A stretch of DNA of 56,671 nucleotides. Origin: Anaerolineales bacterium (lineage in GTDB: Bacteria > Chloroflexota > Anaerolineae > Anaerolineales > E44-bin32). The DNA is taken from the NCBI GenBank assembly GCA_036803025.1, contig DAIRVC010000002.1, forward strand, positions 1 through 56,671. The letters are read 5' to 3'. The stretch's first letter is position 1. Every line of letters starts with the position of its first letter. A program made the position numbers and the translations under genes. Shown here in pieces: positions 1 through 8,995 of the stretch. The notes under the pieces were generated by a model. The model worked only from the letters and a program-made list of their open reading frames with translations. It did not search any database and was not told where the DNA came from.

Positions 1-78
1 GCCACCGACGTCGAGGGTCTGGTCAAGTACATCACCGAGAAGAACCACCCCGCCCTGACGATGCCGCCTCTCTTCTAG
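1..78 (+). CDS. 3' end of an upstream CDS (…ATDVEGLVKYITEKNHPALTMPPLF*). The product cannot be identified from 25 codons. By position it may be the gene preceding acsD in the acs operon.
   Basis: The frame is open to the window edge, with stop TAG at 76-78. It is same-strand and 72 nt upstream of acsD. Confidence 0.35.
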   Translation, partial: ATDVEGLVKYITEKNHPALTMPPLF

Positions 79-87
79 CGCCGCAGC

Positions 88-128
88 GCGGTCGGCCGCG
101 GGCCGCCTGGCAGCCCGCGGCCGACCGC
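88..128 (+). other. Perfect 16-bp GC-rich stem-loop between the upstream CDS and acsD
   Basis: GCGGTCGGCCGCGGGC (88-103) is the exact reverse complement of GCCCGCGGCCGACCGC (113-128), with a 9-nt loop. No U-tract follows; the acsD RBS GGAGG (136-140) does. Confidence 0.6.
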
Positions 129-150
129 CTACCCCGGAGGTTGAAGGCCT

Positions 151-1125
151 ATGAACGTCGAGATTCCGAAGGAAAAGTGGCCCGGCAGCGTCCGTCTGGT
201 CACGCTGGGTGCCACTGCCGCCGATGGCGGCACCCGCAAGCGGACGGTCACCGTCGGCGGCGAGGCCTCGCTGCCCTTCATCACGGCCGACGGCCCGATC
301 CCGAATGCGCCGGTCCTGGCCGTGGATATCCGCGATCGCCAGCCCGAGGATTGGTCGCCGCTCCTGGTCAAGGCCTGGGGCGCGGCCATGCAGGACCCCG
401 GGGAGTGGGCCAAAGCAGCCGAGGCGGCCGGGGCCGACATGATCGTCCTGACCCTCGGCCTGGCCACGCCCGACGGCAAGCCCAACGACGCCGCCAACGT
501 GCGCGCCGTCGTTCGCAAGGTGCTCAACGCCACCGGCCTGCCGCTGGCGGTCTTCGGGCCGGGCCAGGCGGAGATCGATAACGAGCTGCTCGTCCCCGCC
601 GCCGAAGAGGCCAAGGGCGAACGCATCCTGCTCGGCACCTGCGAGGACAAGAACTACCGCACCATCGTGGCCACCGCGATGGCCAACGCCCACGCAGTCC
701 AATCCAAGACGCCCATGGACGTCAACCTGTCCAAGCAGCTGGTCATCCTGATCCACGACATGGGCATGCCGCTGGATCGGATCATCATGGACCCCACCAC
801 CGGCGCGCTGGGCTACGGGATCGAGTACGGGTACTCGGTCATGGAGCGGCTGCGCCTGGCCGCCCTGCAGGGCGACAGCATGACTCAGCAGCCGATCCTC
901 GTCACGCCGGGCGAGGAATGCTGGAAGGTCAAGGAAGCCAAAGTCGGCGAAGGCGTGCCTGAAACCTGGGGGGATTGGGAACGCCGGGCCATCAACTGGG
1001 AATCCACGACGGCGGCCAGCCTGATCCACGCCGGGGCCGACATCGTCGTCGTCCGTCATCCTGAGACTCTGCGCAAATTGCGGGCGATCATCACTGCGCT
1101 GACCGCCCCGGCGCAGGCTGCATAG
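151..1125 (+). CDS. acsD: Corrinoid iron-sulfur protein, small subunit (AcsD/CdhD type)
   Basis: 324-aa ORF with GGAGG 10 nt upstream of the ATG. It resembles the CFeSP small TIM-barrel subunit along its full length and is directly followed by acsC. Confidence 0.92.
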   Translation: MNVEIPKEKWPGSVRLVTLGATAADGGTRKRTVTVGGEASLPFITADGPIPNAPVLAVDIRDRQPEDWSPLLVKAWGAAMQDPGEWAKAAEAAGADMIVLTLGLATPDGKPNDAANVRAVVRKVLNATGLPLAVFGPGQAEIDNELLVPAAEEAKGERILLGTCEDKNYRTIVATAMANAHAVQSKTPMDVNLSKQLVILIHDMGMPLDRIIMDPTTGALGYGIEYGYSVMERLRLAALQGDSMTQQPILVTPGEECWKVKEAKVGEGVPETWGDWERRAINWESTTAASLIHAGADIVVVRHPETLRKLRAIITALTAPAQAA

Positions 1126-1143
1126 CGCAGGCGGAGGCACATC

Positions 1144-2487
1144 ATGCCGCTCACCGGTCTGGAGATCTACAAGCTTCTTCCGCAGACCAACTGCAAGGAA
1201 TGCGGTTTCCCCACCTGTCTGGCCTTCGCCATGAAGCTGGCCGCCAAACAGGCGGAGCTCAAGGCCTGCCCGTACGTCAGCGACGAGTCGAAGGCCAAGC
1301 TCGAGGCCGCCTCCGCCCCGCCCATCCGGCTGGTGGCCCTGAGCGGCGAAGCCGGCAAGATCGAGGTCGGGAACGAGGCGGTCATGTTCCGCCACGAGAA
1401 GACCTTCTACCACCTGCCGGGCGTGTTCTGGCACCTGCGCGACAGCGAAGGCCCCGAGGCGCTGAAGGCCAAGGTCGCTCCGGCCGATGCCTATCGGGTC
1501 GACTATGTCGGTATCAAACTCGGGCTGGACGGGTTCGCCGTGGAGGCCGCCTCCGGCGATCCGGCCGCGTTCAAAGCTGCGGTGCAGGCCGTTCGCTCAG
1601 TCAGCAAGAAGCCGCTCATCCTGATCGCTCCCACGCCCGACCTGGCCAAGGCCGGCCTGGAAGCTGCCGCCGGGACGACACCGCTTCTCTACGCGGCCAC
1701 GCCGGAGAACTGGCAGGCGATGGTTGAAGTGGCCAAGGCGGCCAAGGTGCCGCTGGCCGCTCGGGCCGCCGACCTGGGCCAACTGGCCGACCTGACCCAG
1801 TCGATTGTCGGCGCCGGGGTCGAGGACGTGATCCTCGATCCGGTCGTCACCGGCTACCGGGACTCGCTCGAGAAGCTGACCTCCATCCGGCGCCTGGCGC
1901 TGAAGAAGGCCTTCCGCCCGCTTGGCTACCCGGTCATTACCTTCCCCGGGCAGGCCAAGGAGGCCGACGAGACGCTCCTGGCGGCCGAGCACATCGCCAA
2001 GTACGGCGCGCTGGTCGTGCTCGAGAACTTCGACCCGGCCAGCCTGTACCCGCTGCTCGTTTTGCGCCAGAATATCTACACCGACCCGCAGAAGCCGATC
2101 CAGGTCCAACCCGGCCTGTACGAGATCAACTCCCCCAACGACAAGTCGCCGGTACTGGTGACGACCAACTTCTCGATCACCTACTTCGCCATCTCCAACG
2201 AGGTCGAGGGATCGGGATGGCCGGCATGGCTGATCGTCTGCGACGCCGAGGGCATGAGCGTCCTGACCGCCTGGGCGGCCGGCAAGTTCGACGCCGAGCG
2301 GATCACCAAGGCGGTCAAGCTCTCGGCCGTCAAGGACAAGGTCGGTCACCAGCGAGTGATCATCCCCGGGCACGTGGCCGTCCTATCCGGCGAGCTGGAA
2401 GAAGAGCTGCAGGGCTGGCAGATCATGGTCGGCCCGCGCGAAGCCGTCGATATCGGCGCGTATCTGAAGGCGATGTGGTCCAACTAG
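1144..2487 (+). CDS. acsC: Corrinoid iron-sulfur protein, large subunit (AcsC/CdhE type)
   Basis: The N-terminal CKECGFPTCLAFAMKLA…CPYV 4Fe-4S motif is typical of the CFeSP large subunit. 447 aa, RBS GGAGG. Confidence 0.95.
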   Translation: MPLTGLEIYKLLPQTNCKECGFPTCLAFAMKLAAKQAELKACPYVSDESKAKLEAASAPPIRLVALSGEAGKIEVGNEAVMFRHEKTFYHLPGVFWHLRDSEGPEALKAKVAPADAYRVDYVGIKLGLDGFAVEAASGDPAAFKAAVQAVRSVSKKPLILIAPTPDLAKAGLEAAAGTTPLLYAATPENWQAMVEVAKAAKVPLAARAADLGQLADLTQSIVGAGVEDVILDPVVTGYRDSLEKLTSIRRLALKKAFRPLGYPVITFPGQAKEADETLLAAEHIAKYGALVVLENFDPASLYPLLVLRQNIYTDPQKPIQVQPGLYEINSPNDKSPVLVTTNFSITYFAISNEVEGSGWPAWLIVCDAEGMSVLTAWAAGKFDAERITKAVKLSAVKDKVGHQRVIIPGHVAVLSGELEEELQGWQIMVGPREAVDIGAYLKAMWSN

Positions 2488-2512
2488 GTTCCCGGCACGC
2501 ATCGGCCGTCGC

Positions 2513-2550
2513 GGCGCCCAGGTTTCCAGAGCACCGGGGGCCTGGGCGCC
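2513..2550 (+). other. 10-bp perfect stem-loop downstream of acsC
   Basis: GGCGCCCAGG (2513-2522) pairs with CCTGGGCGCC (2541-2550), with an 18-nt loop and no U-tract. Confidence 0.45.
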
Positions 2551-2587
2551 TGGGTTCTCCCGGCGGCTGGAGAGGAGGCTTCACCCG

Positions 2588-2854
2588 ATGATCGTCCGTC
2601 TCTCAAACCGGCCGCGCGATCCTTATCTGGGCTACGACGCCGAACAGGCCGCCCACCTGGCTGCCGCCTGCTTGCAGTGTCTGCCGCCGGCTCCCTGTAC
2701 CCTGGCCTGCCCACGCGGCGCCGACCTGCCGCGCCTGGTGCGCCTGGTCGGCCAGGCCGCCTGCGAGGGCCTGTCCCTGCCGCGCTTGTTTCAGGACGAA
2801 GAGCAGGTCAATTCGGCCCGGATCTGCGACGCCATCACTGACGCCTACAGCTGA
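2588..2854 (+). CDS. Small (88 aa) putative 4Fe-4S protein resembling the GltD/DPD N-terminal cluster domain
   Basis: RBS GGAGAGGAGG lies about 10 nt upstream of the ATG. The motif CLQCLPPAPCTLACPRGADLP (Cx2Cx5Cx3CP) matches the Fer4_20-type pattern as I remember it. There is no other support. Confidence 0.55.
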   Translation: MIVRLSNRPRDPYLGYDAEQAAHLAAACLQCLPPAPCTLACPRGADLPRLVRLVGQAACEGLSLPRLFQDEEQVNSARICDAITDAYS

Positions 2855-2918
2855 CCGCACCCGACGACGGAACCCGCTCGCGTGTTTCCGTCGTCGGAGA
2901 TAGCACCTAGCCACATCC

Positions 2919-4841
2919 TTGGCGGACCACAAGCTCACCTTCCTGCCGAGCAATACTACCGTCGAGGTGCCCACCGGCGCCTTGGTCTCGGAGGCGATTC
3001 GCAAGGCCGGGTTGGAGGTCGCCCAGCCGTGCGGCGGGCAGGGGCGCTGCGGGCGCTGTGCGGTCATCCTGCACGGACCCGGCGCCCGGCGCCGGTCGAC
3101 CGTCCGACTCTCGCCGCAGGACATCGACGCCGGCTACGCGCTGGCCTGCCAGACCGTCGTCGAAGGCGACCTGAGCATCACCCTGCCCGAACAAGCGCGC
3201 ATCCAGCGGCGGATGGTGACCGACAAGACCGCCGCCCGGGTCGAGCTGCCGTTCGTTTACGACGCCGCCATGCAGGGCGTGCGCACCTTCCGTGTGTACA
3301 TGGAGGAGCCGTCGCTGCAGGACAACCGCGATGACCTGGCGCGCATCCAGCGCGCCTTGGCCGAAGCCGGCCACCCGAATTGCGAGGTCCCGCTTCCTTT
3401 GGTACGCCGTCTGAGCGCGGCCTTGCGCGAGTCGGACTGGGCGCCGTGGGTCGTGCTGGAGACCGACAACGGATCGCGCCCCAACGGCCCGGCCCGCCTG
3501 ATCGACATCGGCCCCGATCCGATCGAGCCGCTCGCCCTGGCCGTCGATATCGGCACCACCACGGTCTCAACCTATCTGGTGGATCTGACCACCGGCGCGG
3601 TGCTCGGCTCGGCGGCGGAGTACAACGGCCAGATCGCTTTCGGCGAGGATGTCATTTCGCGCATCATGTATGCCGGCAAGGAGGGCGGGCTGGCCGATCT
3701 GACCGCCCGCGTGCGCGCCACAATGACCGAGCTGCTGGAGCGCATCCGACTGCGGACCGGGGTGACCCCGGATCGGATTCACAAGGTCGCACTGGCGGGC
3801 AACACGACCATGGTCCATCTCTTCCTCGGCCTGCCGCCCGGCAGCATTCGCCTGGCGCCCTATATCCCCACACTCAATCAGCCGCCGGTGTACACGGCCG
3901 GCGAACTTGGATTGGATCTCAATCCGCTGGCCTCGGTCGACTGCCTGCCAGGCGTGGCCTCCTATGTCGGCGCCGATATCACTGCCGGCGTCTTGGCCTG
4001 TACCCTGGCCGACTCGGAGGAGCTGACACTGTTCATCGACGTCGGCACCAACGGGGAGATCGTGCTGGGGACGCGCGACTGGATGGTCACCTGCGCCTGC
4101 TCGGCTGGACCGGCCTTCGAGGGCGCCGGGGTGGTCAACGGCATGCGCGCCACCGAGGGCGCCATCGAAGAGGTCTGGATCAACTCGACCACCTATGAGC
4201 CGACCTTCCGAGTCATCGGCGACGTGGCGCCGCGCGGCCTGTGCGGGTCGGGGCTGATCTCCTTGCTGGCCGAACTCTTCGTCACCGGCGTGGTCGACCG
4301 GGGCGGCAGCGTCAAGCTCGACCTGAACACGCCGCGTGTCCGCCAGGGGGACCATGGCCCGGAATACGTGGTGGCCTGGGCGGCCGAGACGGCCTCCGGC
4401 CAGGATATCGTCCTGACCAAGGTCGATGTCGATAACCTGATGCGCGCCAAAGCCGCCATCTACGCCGGCTTCAGCGTGCTCGCCTCCAGCGTCGGCGTCG
4501 ACCTGGCGCACGTGCAGCGCATCCTGGTCGGCGGCTCCTTCGGCAAGTACATCAATGTCGAGAAGGCGGTCCAGATCGGCCTGCTGCCCGACGTGCCCTG
4601 GGATCGCTTCCAGTTCCTGGGCAATACGGCCATCCTGGGCACATACCGCGCCGTACTGTCGCGCGAGGAGCGCGAGCGCATCCGGCAGATCGCCGGGCAG
4701 ATGACCTACCTCGAGCTTTCGGCAGACAACTCCTTCTACGACGCTTTCACCGCGGCGCTGTTCCTTCCGCATACCGAGATCGTCCGCTTCCCCAGCGTGG
4801 CCGAGGTCTGGGAACGGAATACCTCCAGGGAGTCGGCGTGA
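2919..4841 (+). CDS. acsV: Reductive activator of corrinoid proteins (RACo/AcsV type): 2Fe-2S ferredoxin domain + ASKHA ATPase
   Basis: The TTG at 2919 is the first possible start after the in-frame stop at 2901, and it is needed to retain the ferredoxin fold. Motifs: CGGQGRCGRCAV 2Fe-2S; ASKHA phosphate motifs DIGTTTV, GNTTM and DVGTNGE. Confidence 0.9.
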   Translation: MADHKLTFLPSNTTVEVPTGALVSEAIRKAGLEVAQPCGGQGRCGRCAVILHGPGARRRSTVRLSPQDIDAGYALACQTVVEGDLSITLPEQARIQRRMVTDKTAARVELPFVYDAAMQGVRTFRVYMEEPSLQDNRDDLARIQRALAEAGHPNCEVPLPLVRRLSAALRESDWAPWVVLETDNGSRPNGPARLIDIGPDPIEPLALAVDIGTTTVSTYLVDLTTGAVLGSAAEYNGQIAFGEDVISRIMYAGKEGGLADLTARVRATMTELLERIRLRTGVTPDRIHKVALAGNTTMVHLFLGLPPGSIRLAPYIPTLNQPPVYTAGELGLDLNPLASVDCLPGVASYVGADITAGVLACTLADSEELTLFIDVGTNGEIVLGTRDWMVTCACSAGPAFEGAGVVNGMRATEGAIEEVWINSTTYEPTFRVIGDVAPRGLCGSGLISLLAELFVTGVVDRGGSVKLDLNTPRVRQGDHGPEYVVAWAAETASGQDIVLTKVDVDNLMRAKAAIYAGFSVLASSVGVDLAHVQRILVGGSFGKYINVEKAVQIGLLPDVPWDRFQFLGNTAILGTYRAVLSREERERIRQIAGQMTYLELSADNSFYDAFTAALFLPHTEIVRFPSVAEVWERNTSRESA

Positions 4842-5848
4842 AGCCCGGCCCGGTCCTCGATTGGCTGTTGGAGAAGAGCGACCCGGGCGTGCGCGCCTTT
4901 GCCCTGCGTGACCTTCTCGGCGCGCCGGAGGACGATCGCCAGCTGCTGGCCGCCCGCCGAGCGACCGTGCGCGCCTCGCCGGTGCGCGAGATCCTGGCCG
5001 CCCAGGAGGACGACGGCTACTGGGTCAAACCCGGGCCAGGCTACTCGCCCAAGTACACTGGGACGGTGTGGCAGGTGGCCTTCCTCGGGCAGTTCGGTGC
5101 GGACGGCTCGAATCGGCAGGTGCGGCGGGCGGGCGAGTATGTGTTGGATCACAGCCGCGCCCCGGCGGGCGGCTTCAGCGCCTCGGCCACCGCCGGTGGG
5201 CTGATTCACTGCCTGCAGGGCAACCTGGGGGCGGCGCTGCTCGAGCTCGGCTTCGGCGATGACCCGCGCCTGCGGCAGGCGCTCGAGTGGCTGGCGCGCA
5301 GCATCACCGGCGAAGGCATCGCGCCCAACACCGACACGAAGGCTGAAGTGCGCTACTTGAAGTCGGCCAACAGCGCGCCGGGTTTCGTGTGCAGCGCCAA
5401 CAACCACAGGCCCTGCGCCTGGGGCGCAGTGCCGGCCATGGACGCGCTGCGCCGCGTGCCGCCCCGGCGGCGGACGCCCGCCATGCGGCGCGCCATCGAC
5501 GCCGGCGTGGCCTTCCTGTTCAGCCGCGATCCGGCCGAGGCCGACTATCCGATGGGCTGGAGCGAGAAGCCGAATGGCAGTTGGTTCAAATTCGGCTACC
5601 CGATGGGCTACGTCTGTGACGTCCTGCGCACGGCCGAAGTGCTGGTCGGCCTGGGGTACGGCGGCGATGCGCGCCTGGCCAAGTTGCGCGACCTGATCCT
5701 GGCCAAACGCCGTCCGGACGGCCGCTGGAACCTGGAGTACAGCTACGCCGGCAAGACCTGGTTCGACCTCGGTCCGAAGCGACAGCCCAACAAGTGGATC
5801 ACGCTGCGGTGTCTGCGAGTCTTGGACGGTATGGGAGCGACGGTATGA
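4838..5848 (+). CDS. Uncharacterised protein, weakly prenyltransferase/squalene-cyclase-repeat (alpha/alpha-toroid) like
   Basis: The GTG start overlaps the RACo stop (GTGA) and the stop overlaps the cooC ATG (ATGA). RBS AGGGAG. Motifs QEDDGYW, GGFSAS and RPDGRW recall toroid repeats. I did not recognise a specific family. Confidence 0.75.
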   Translation: MKPGPVLDWLLEKSDPGVRAFALRDLLGAPEDDRQLLAARRATVRASPVREILAAQEDDGYWVKPGPGYSPKYTGTVWQVAFLGQFGADGSNRQVRRAGEYVLDHSRAPAGGFSASATAGGLIHCLQGNLGAALLELGFGDDPRLRQALEWLARSITGEGIAPNTDTKAEVRYLKSANSAPGFVCSANNHRPCAWGAVPAMDALRRVPPRRRTPAMRRAIDAGVAFLFSRDPAEADYPMGWSEKPNGSWFKFGYPMGYVCDVLRTAEVLVGLGYGGDARLAKLRDLILAKRRPDGRWNLEYSYAGKTWFDLGPKRQPNKWITLRCLRVLDGMGATV

Positions 5849-6612
5849 CGACAACGATTGCGCTGGCGGGTAAGGGTGGAACGGGCAAGACGACGGTCGC
5901 CGCTTTGCTGGTGCGTTCTCTCATCCTGCGGACCTCTGGGAGCATTCTGGCTATCGACGCCGACCCGGCCGCCAATCTGCATCTCGCCCTCGGCCTGACC
6001 GCTCCGGCGACGGTCGGCGACGTCCGCGAAGACATGATGGAGGTCAGCCGCGCCGGCCAACTGGGCGTCTCCATCAGCCGCCACGAGTACCTGACGCGCG
6101 AGGTGCGCATGGCGCTCGAGGAGGGCAACCGCGTCGACCTGCTGGCGATGGGCCGCCCCGAAGGACAGGGCTGCTACTGCGCCGTCAACCATCTCCTGCG
6201 CCAGGTGGTCGACGACCTGGGCAGCCAGTACGCCTATGTGATCGTCGACAACGAGGCCGGGATGGAGCACATCAGCCGGCGGACGACCCGCGACGTCGAC
6301 CTGCTCCTGATCGTCACCGACCCGACCGTGCGCGGGATGGAGGCGGCGCGCGCCATCGCCGAGATGGCCTCCGACATCGAGGTCAACGTACGCCGCACGG
6401 CGCTGATCATCAACCGCCTGGTGGGGCCGCCTCCTGCCCCCTTGCAGGCGGCCATCGACGGCCTGGGGGTTGAGGTCGGCGCCATGATCCCGGCCGACGA
6501 ACGCGTGAACGAGCTGGATGCCCTGGGCAGGCCGCTGATCGCTTTGAACGGTGACTCGCCGGCCGTGCAGGCCGTGGACGCTATGATCGATCGCATCCTG
6601 ATTGCGGAATAG
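5845..6612 (+). CDS. cooC: CooC/AcsF-type nickel-insertion ATPase for CODH/ACS
   Basis: P-loop GKGGTGKTT and CxC motif (GCYCAV). I chose the ATG at 5845 (ATGA overlap) over the track start at 5794. Confidence 0.92.
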   Translation: MTTTIALAGKGGTGKTTVAALLVRSLILRTSGSILAIDADPAANLHLALGLTAPATVGDVREDMMEVSRAGQLGVSISRHEYLTREVRMALEEGNRVDLLAMGRPEGQGCYCAVNHLLRQVVDDLGSQYAYVIVDNEAGMEHISRRTTRDVDLLLIVTDPTVRGMEAARAIAEMASDIEVNVRRTALIINRLVGPPPAPLQAAIDGLGVEVGAMIPADERVNELDALGRPLIALNGDSPAVQAVDAMIDRILIAE

Positions 6613-6629
6613 GATAGAGGAGCCCATCC

Positions 6630-7553
6630 ATGTACAAGATCGGGGAAAACATCCACATCATCTCGCCGAAGGTCAAGGAAGCGCTGGCTGCCCGCGAGGG
6701 TGGCTTCTTCGTCGACCTGGCCCGGCGGCAGCGCCAGGCCGGCGCCGACGCGCTCGACCTGAACATCGGTCCGCAGAAGAAGGCCGGGCCGGAGGTGATG
6801 GACTGGCTGGTCGACGTGGTCCAGGAAGCCGTGCCGGGCATGACCCTCTCGTTCGACACGACCAACCTGGCAGCGATCGAAGTCGGCCTGAAGAAGGTCG
6901 GCGCCAATGCCATCATCAACTCGACCTCGGCCGAGGAGGAGCGCCTGGCCAACGTCCCGCCGCTGGCGGCCAAGTACGGCTGCAAGCTGATCGCGCTGTG
7001 TATGGAGAAGAGCGGCATACCGGTCAGCGCCGACGCCCGTGTCAGCATCGCCATGGAGAAGCTCATGCCGCGCGCCCAGGAGGTCGGCCTGCCGATGGAG
7101 AACCTCCTGGTCGATCCGCTCATCCTGACCGTGTCCGGCTGTCAGGAGTACGTCCCCCAGGCGATCGAGACCGTGCGCATGCTGAAGATGGTCGCCGACC
7201 CGCCGCCCATGACGGTCGTCGGGCTGTCGAACGTCTCCAACCAGGTGCCGGCCGAGATGCGCCCGCTGCTCAACCGCGTCTACTTGGTCATGCTCATGGC
7301 CGTCGGCCTGGATGCGGCCATCGTCGATCCGCTGGACCAGAAGCTCATGGACGTCATCCGCATCGTCGAGACGCGTGACGCCAGCGCTCCGGTCGGCGCG
7401 CTGTACTTAAAGCTTCACGATGCGGTGGCCGCGGCGGAGGAGCTTCAGCCGGAGGCGGTCGAGATGTCGGACCCCGAGCAGGCCGAGATCTGGAAGACGA
7501 TCCGGGTCCTGCTCAACAAGGTCATCTACACCGACTCCTATCTGCGCCTGTAG
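6630..7553 (+). CDS. acsE: Methyltetrahydrofolate:corrinoid/iron-sulfur protein methyltransferase (MeTr)
   Basis: Strong similarity to Moorella MeTr as recalled (DLNIGP, DTTN..AIE.GLKK, INST, GLSNVS). RBS GAGGAG. Confidence 0.95.
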   Translation: MYKIGENIHIISPKVKEALAAREGGFFVDLARRQRQAGADALDLNIGPQKKAGPEVMDWLVDVVQEAVPGMTLSFDTTNLAAIEVGLKKVGANAIINSTSAEEERLANVPPLAAKYGCKLIALCMEKSGIPVSADARVSIAMEKLMPRAQEVGLPMENLLVDPLILTVSGCQEYVPQAIETVRMLKMVADPPPMTVVGLSNVSNQVPAEMRPLLNRVYLVMLMAVGLDAAIVDPLDQKLMDVIRIVETRDASAPVGALYLKLHDAVAAAEELQPEAVEMSDPEQAEIWKTIRVLLNKVIYTDSYLRL

Positions 7554-7615
7554 TCGCGCAGCCTGCGCCCAATCCGCCGGGGCGCGCCCATTCGGCGGGG
7601 AAGGAGAGCCCATCG

Positions 7616-8971
7616 ATGCCCGACAAGACCGGGCCGGTTAATGTCGACGAGCTGCTGGCCAAGGCCAGACAGCCGTCGGCCGACGCGCTCAGACTGCACC
7701 CCTTCTACCGGGGCAAGGTCGAGGTGGCCGTCAAGTGCCGCGTGCGCGATTTCAACGACTTCGCCATCTGGTACACGCCGGGGGTTGCCGCCTCTTGCCG
7801 GGCGATCGCCGAAAACCCGGCACTGGTTTATGAGCACACCCACAAATGGAACACGGTGGCGGTCGTCTCGGACGGCACGCGCGTCTTGGGCCTGGGGGAT
7901 ATCGGCCCCAAGGCCGGCCTGCCGGTCATGGAAGGCAAGGCACTGCTCTACAAGTACCTGGGCGGGGTAGACGCCTGGCCGATCATGCTGGGCACCAAGG
8001 ACCCGGACAAGATCATCGACATGGTCCTCAACCTCCAGGCCGGCTTCGGCGGCATCAACCTCGAGGACATCTCCCAGCCCAAGTGCTTCCGCATCCTGGA
8101 CACACTCAAGTCGCGAGCCGAGATCCCGGTCTGGCACGACGACCAGCAGGGGACGGCGACGGTCACCCTGGCCGGGCTGCTCAATGCCCTCAAGGTCGTC
8201 GGCAAGGACCTGGCCGACGCGCGCATCGCCTTCATCGGTGTCGGGGCGGCCAACGTCGCCTGCGCCCGGCTGATCTTCAGCGCCGGTGCCGACCCGGCCC
8301 GCTGCATCATGTCCGACATCGACGGGATCCTCAACCGCGAGCGGCGCGACTTCGAGATGCGCAAGGCCGAGTTCGCCGAGCACTGGAAGCTCTGCCAGAT
8401 CACCAATGCCGAAGGCCGGCGCGGCGGGACCGCCGAGGCGATGCAGGGCGCCGACGTGTGTATCGCCTACTCCAAGGCCGGCCCCGGGGCGATCCGCCCC
8501 GAGTGGATCCGCGGCATGGGCAAGGATCCGATCGTCTTCGCCTGCGCCAATCCGGTGCCCGAGATCTGGCCGTGGGAAGCCAAGCAGGCCGGCGCGGCGG
8601 TGGTGGCCACCGGCCGCTCCGATTTCCCCAACCAGGTCAACAACTCCCTGTGCTTCCCGGGGCTCTTCCGCGGCGCCCTCGACGTGCGCGCCTCGACCAT
8701 TACCGACCCGATGTGCTTCGCCGCCGCCCACGCTCTGGCGTCGACGGCCGAGGCCAGGGGCCTGTCGTCCGAGTACATCCTGCCGACCATGGACGAGTGG
8801 GAGGTCATGCCGCGCGAGGCAGCCGCGGTGGCGGTCAAGGCGGTCGAGGACGGCGTGGCCGGCAGGACGGTCACCTTCGACGAGGAGCTGAAGAACGCAG
8901 AGAAGATCATCCGGCGCTCCCGCGACCTGACAGAGATGATGATGGCCGACGGTTTCATAGCCGAGGCCTAG
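7616..8971 (+). CDS. NAD(P)-dependent malic enzyme (short form, no PTA domain)
   Basis: Motifs [26 protein letters not shown] and GINLEDI. RBS GGAGAG. Confidence 0.95.
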   Translation: MPDKTGPVNVDELLAKARQPSADALRLHPFYRGKVEVAVKCRVRDFNDFAIWYTPGVAASCRAIAENPALVYEHTHKWNTVAVVSDGTRVLGLGDIGPKAGLPVMEGKALLYKYLGGVDAWPIMLGTKDPDKIIDMVLNLQAGFGGINLEDISQPKCFRILDTLKSRAEIPVWHDDQQGTATVTLAGLLNALKVVGKDLADARIAFIGVGAANVACARLIFSAGADPARCIMSDIDGILNRERRDFEMRKAEFAEHWKLCQITNAEGRRGGTAEAMQGADVCIAYSKAGPGAIRPEWIRGMGKDPIVFACANPVPEIWPWEAKQAGAAVVATGRSDFPNQVNNSLCFPGLFRGALDVRASTITDPMCFAAAHALASTAEARGLSSEYILPTMDEWEVMPREAAAVAVKAVEDGVAGRTVTFDEELKNAEKIIRRSRDLTEMMMADGFIAEA

Positions 8972-8995
8972 CCGGCAGCCAAAGGAGAACAGCCT

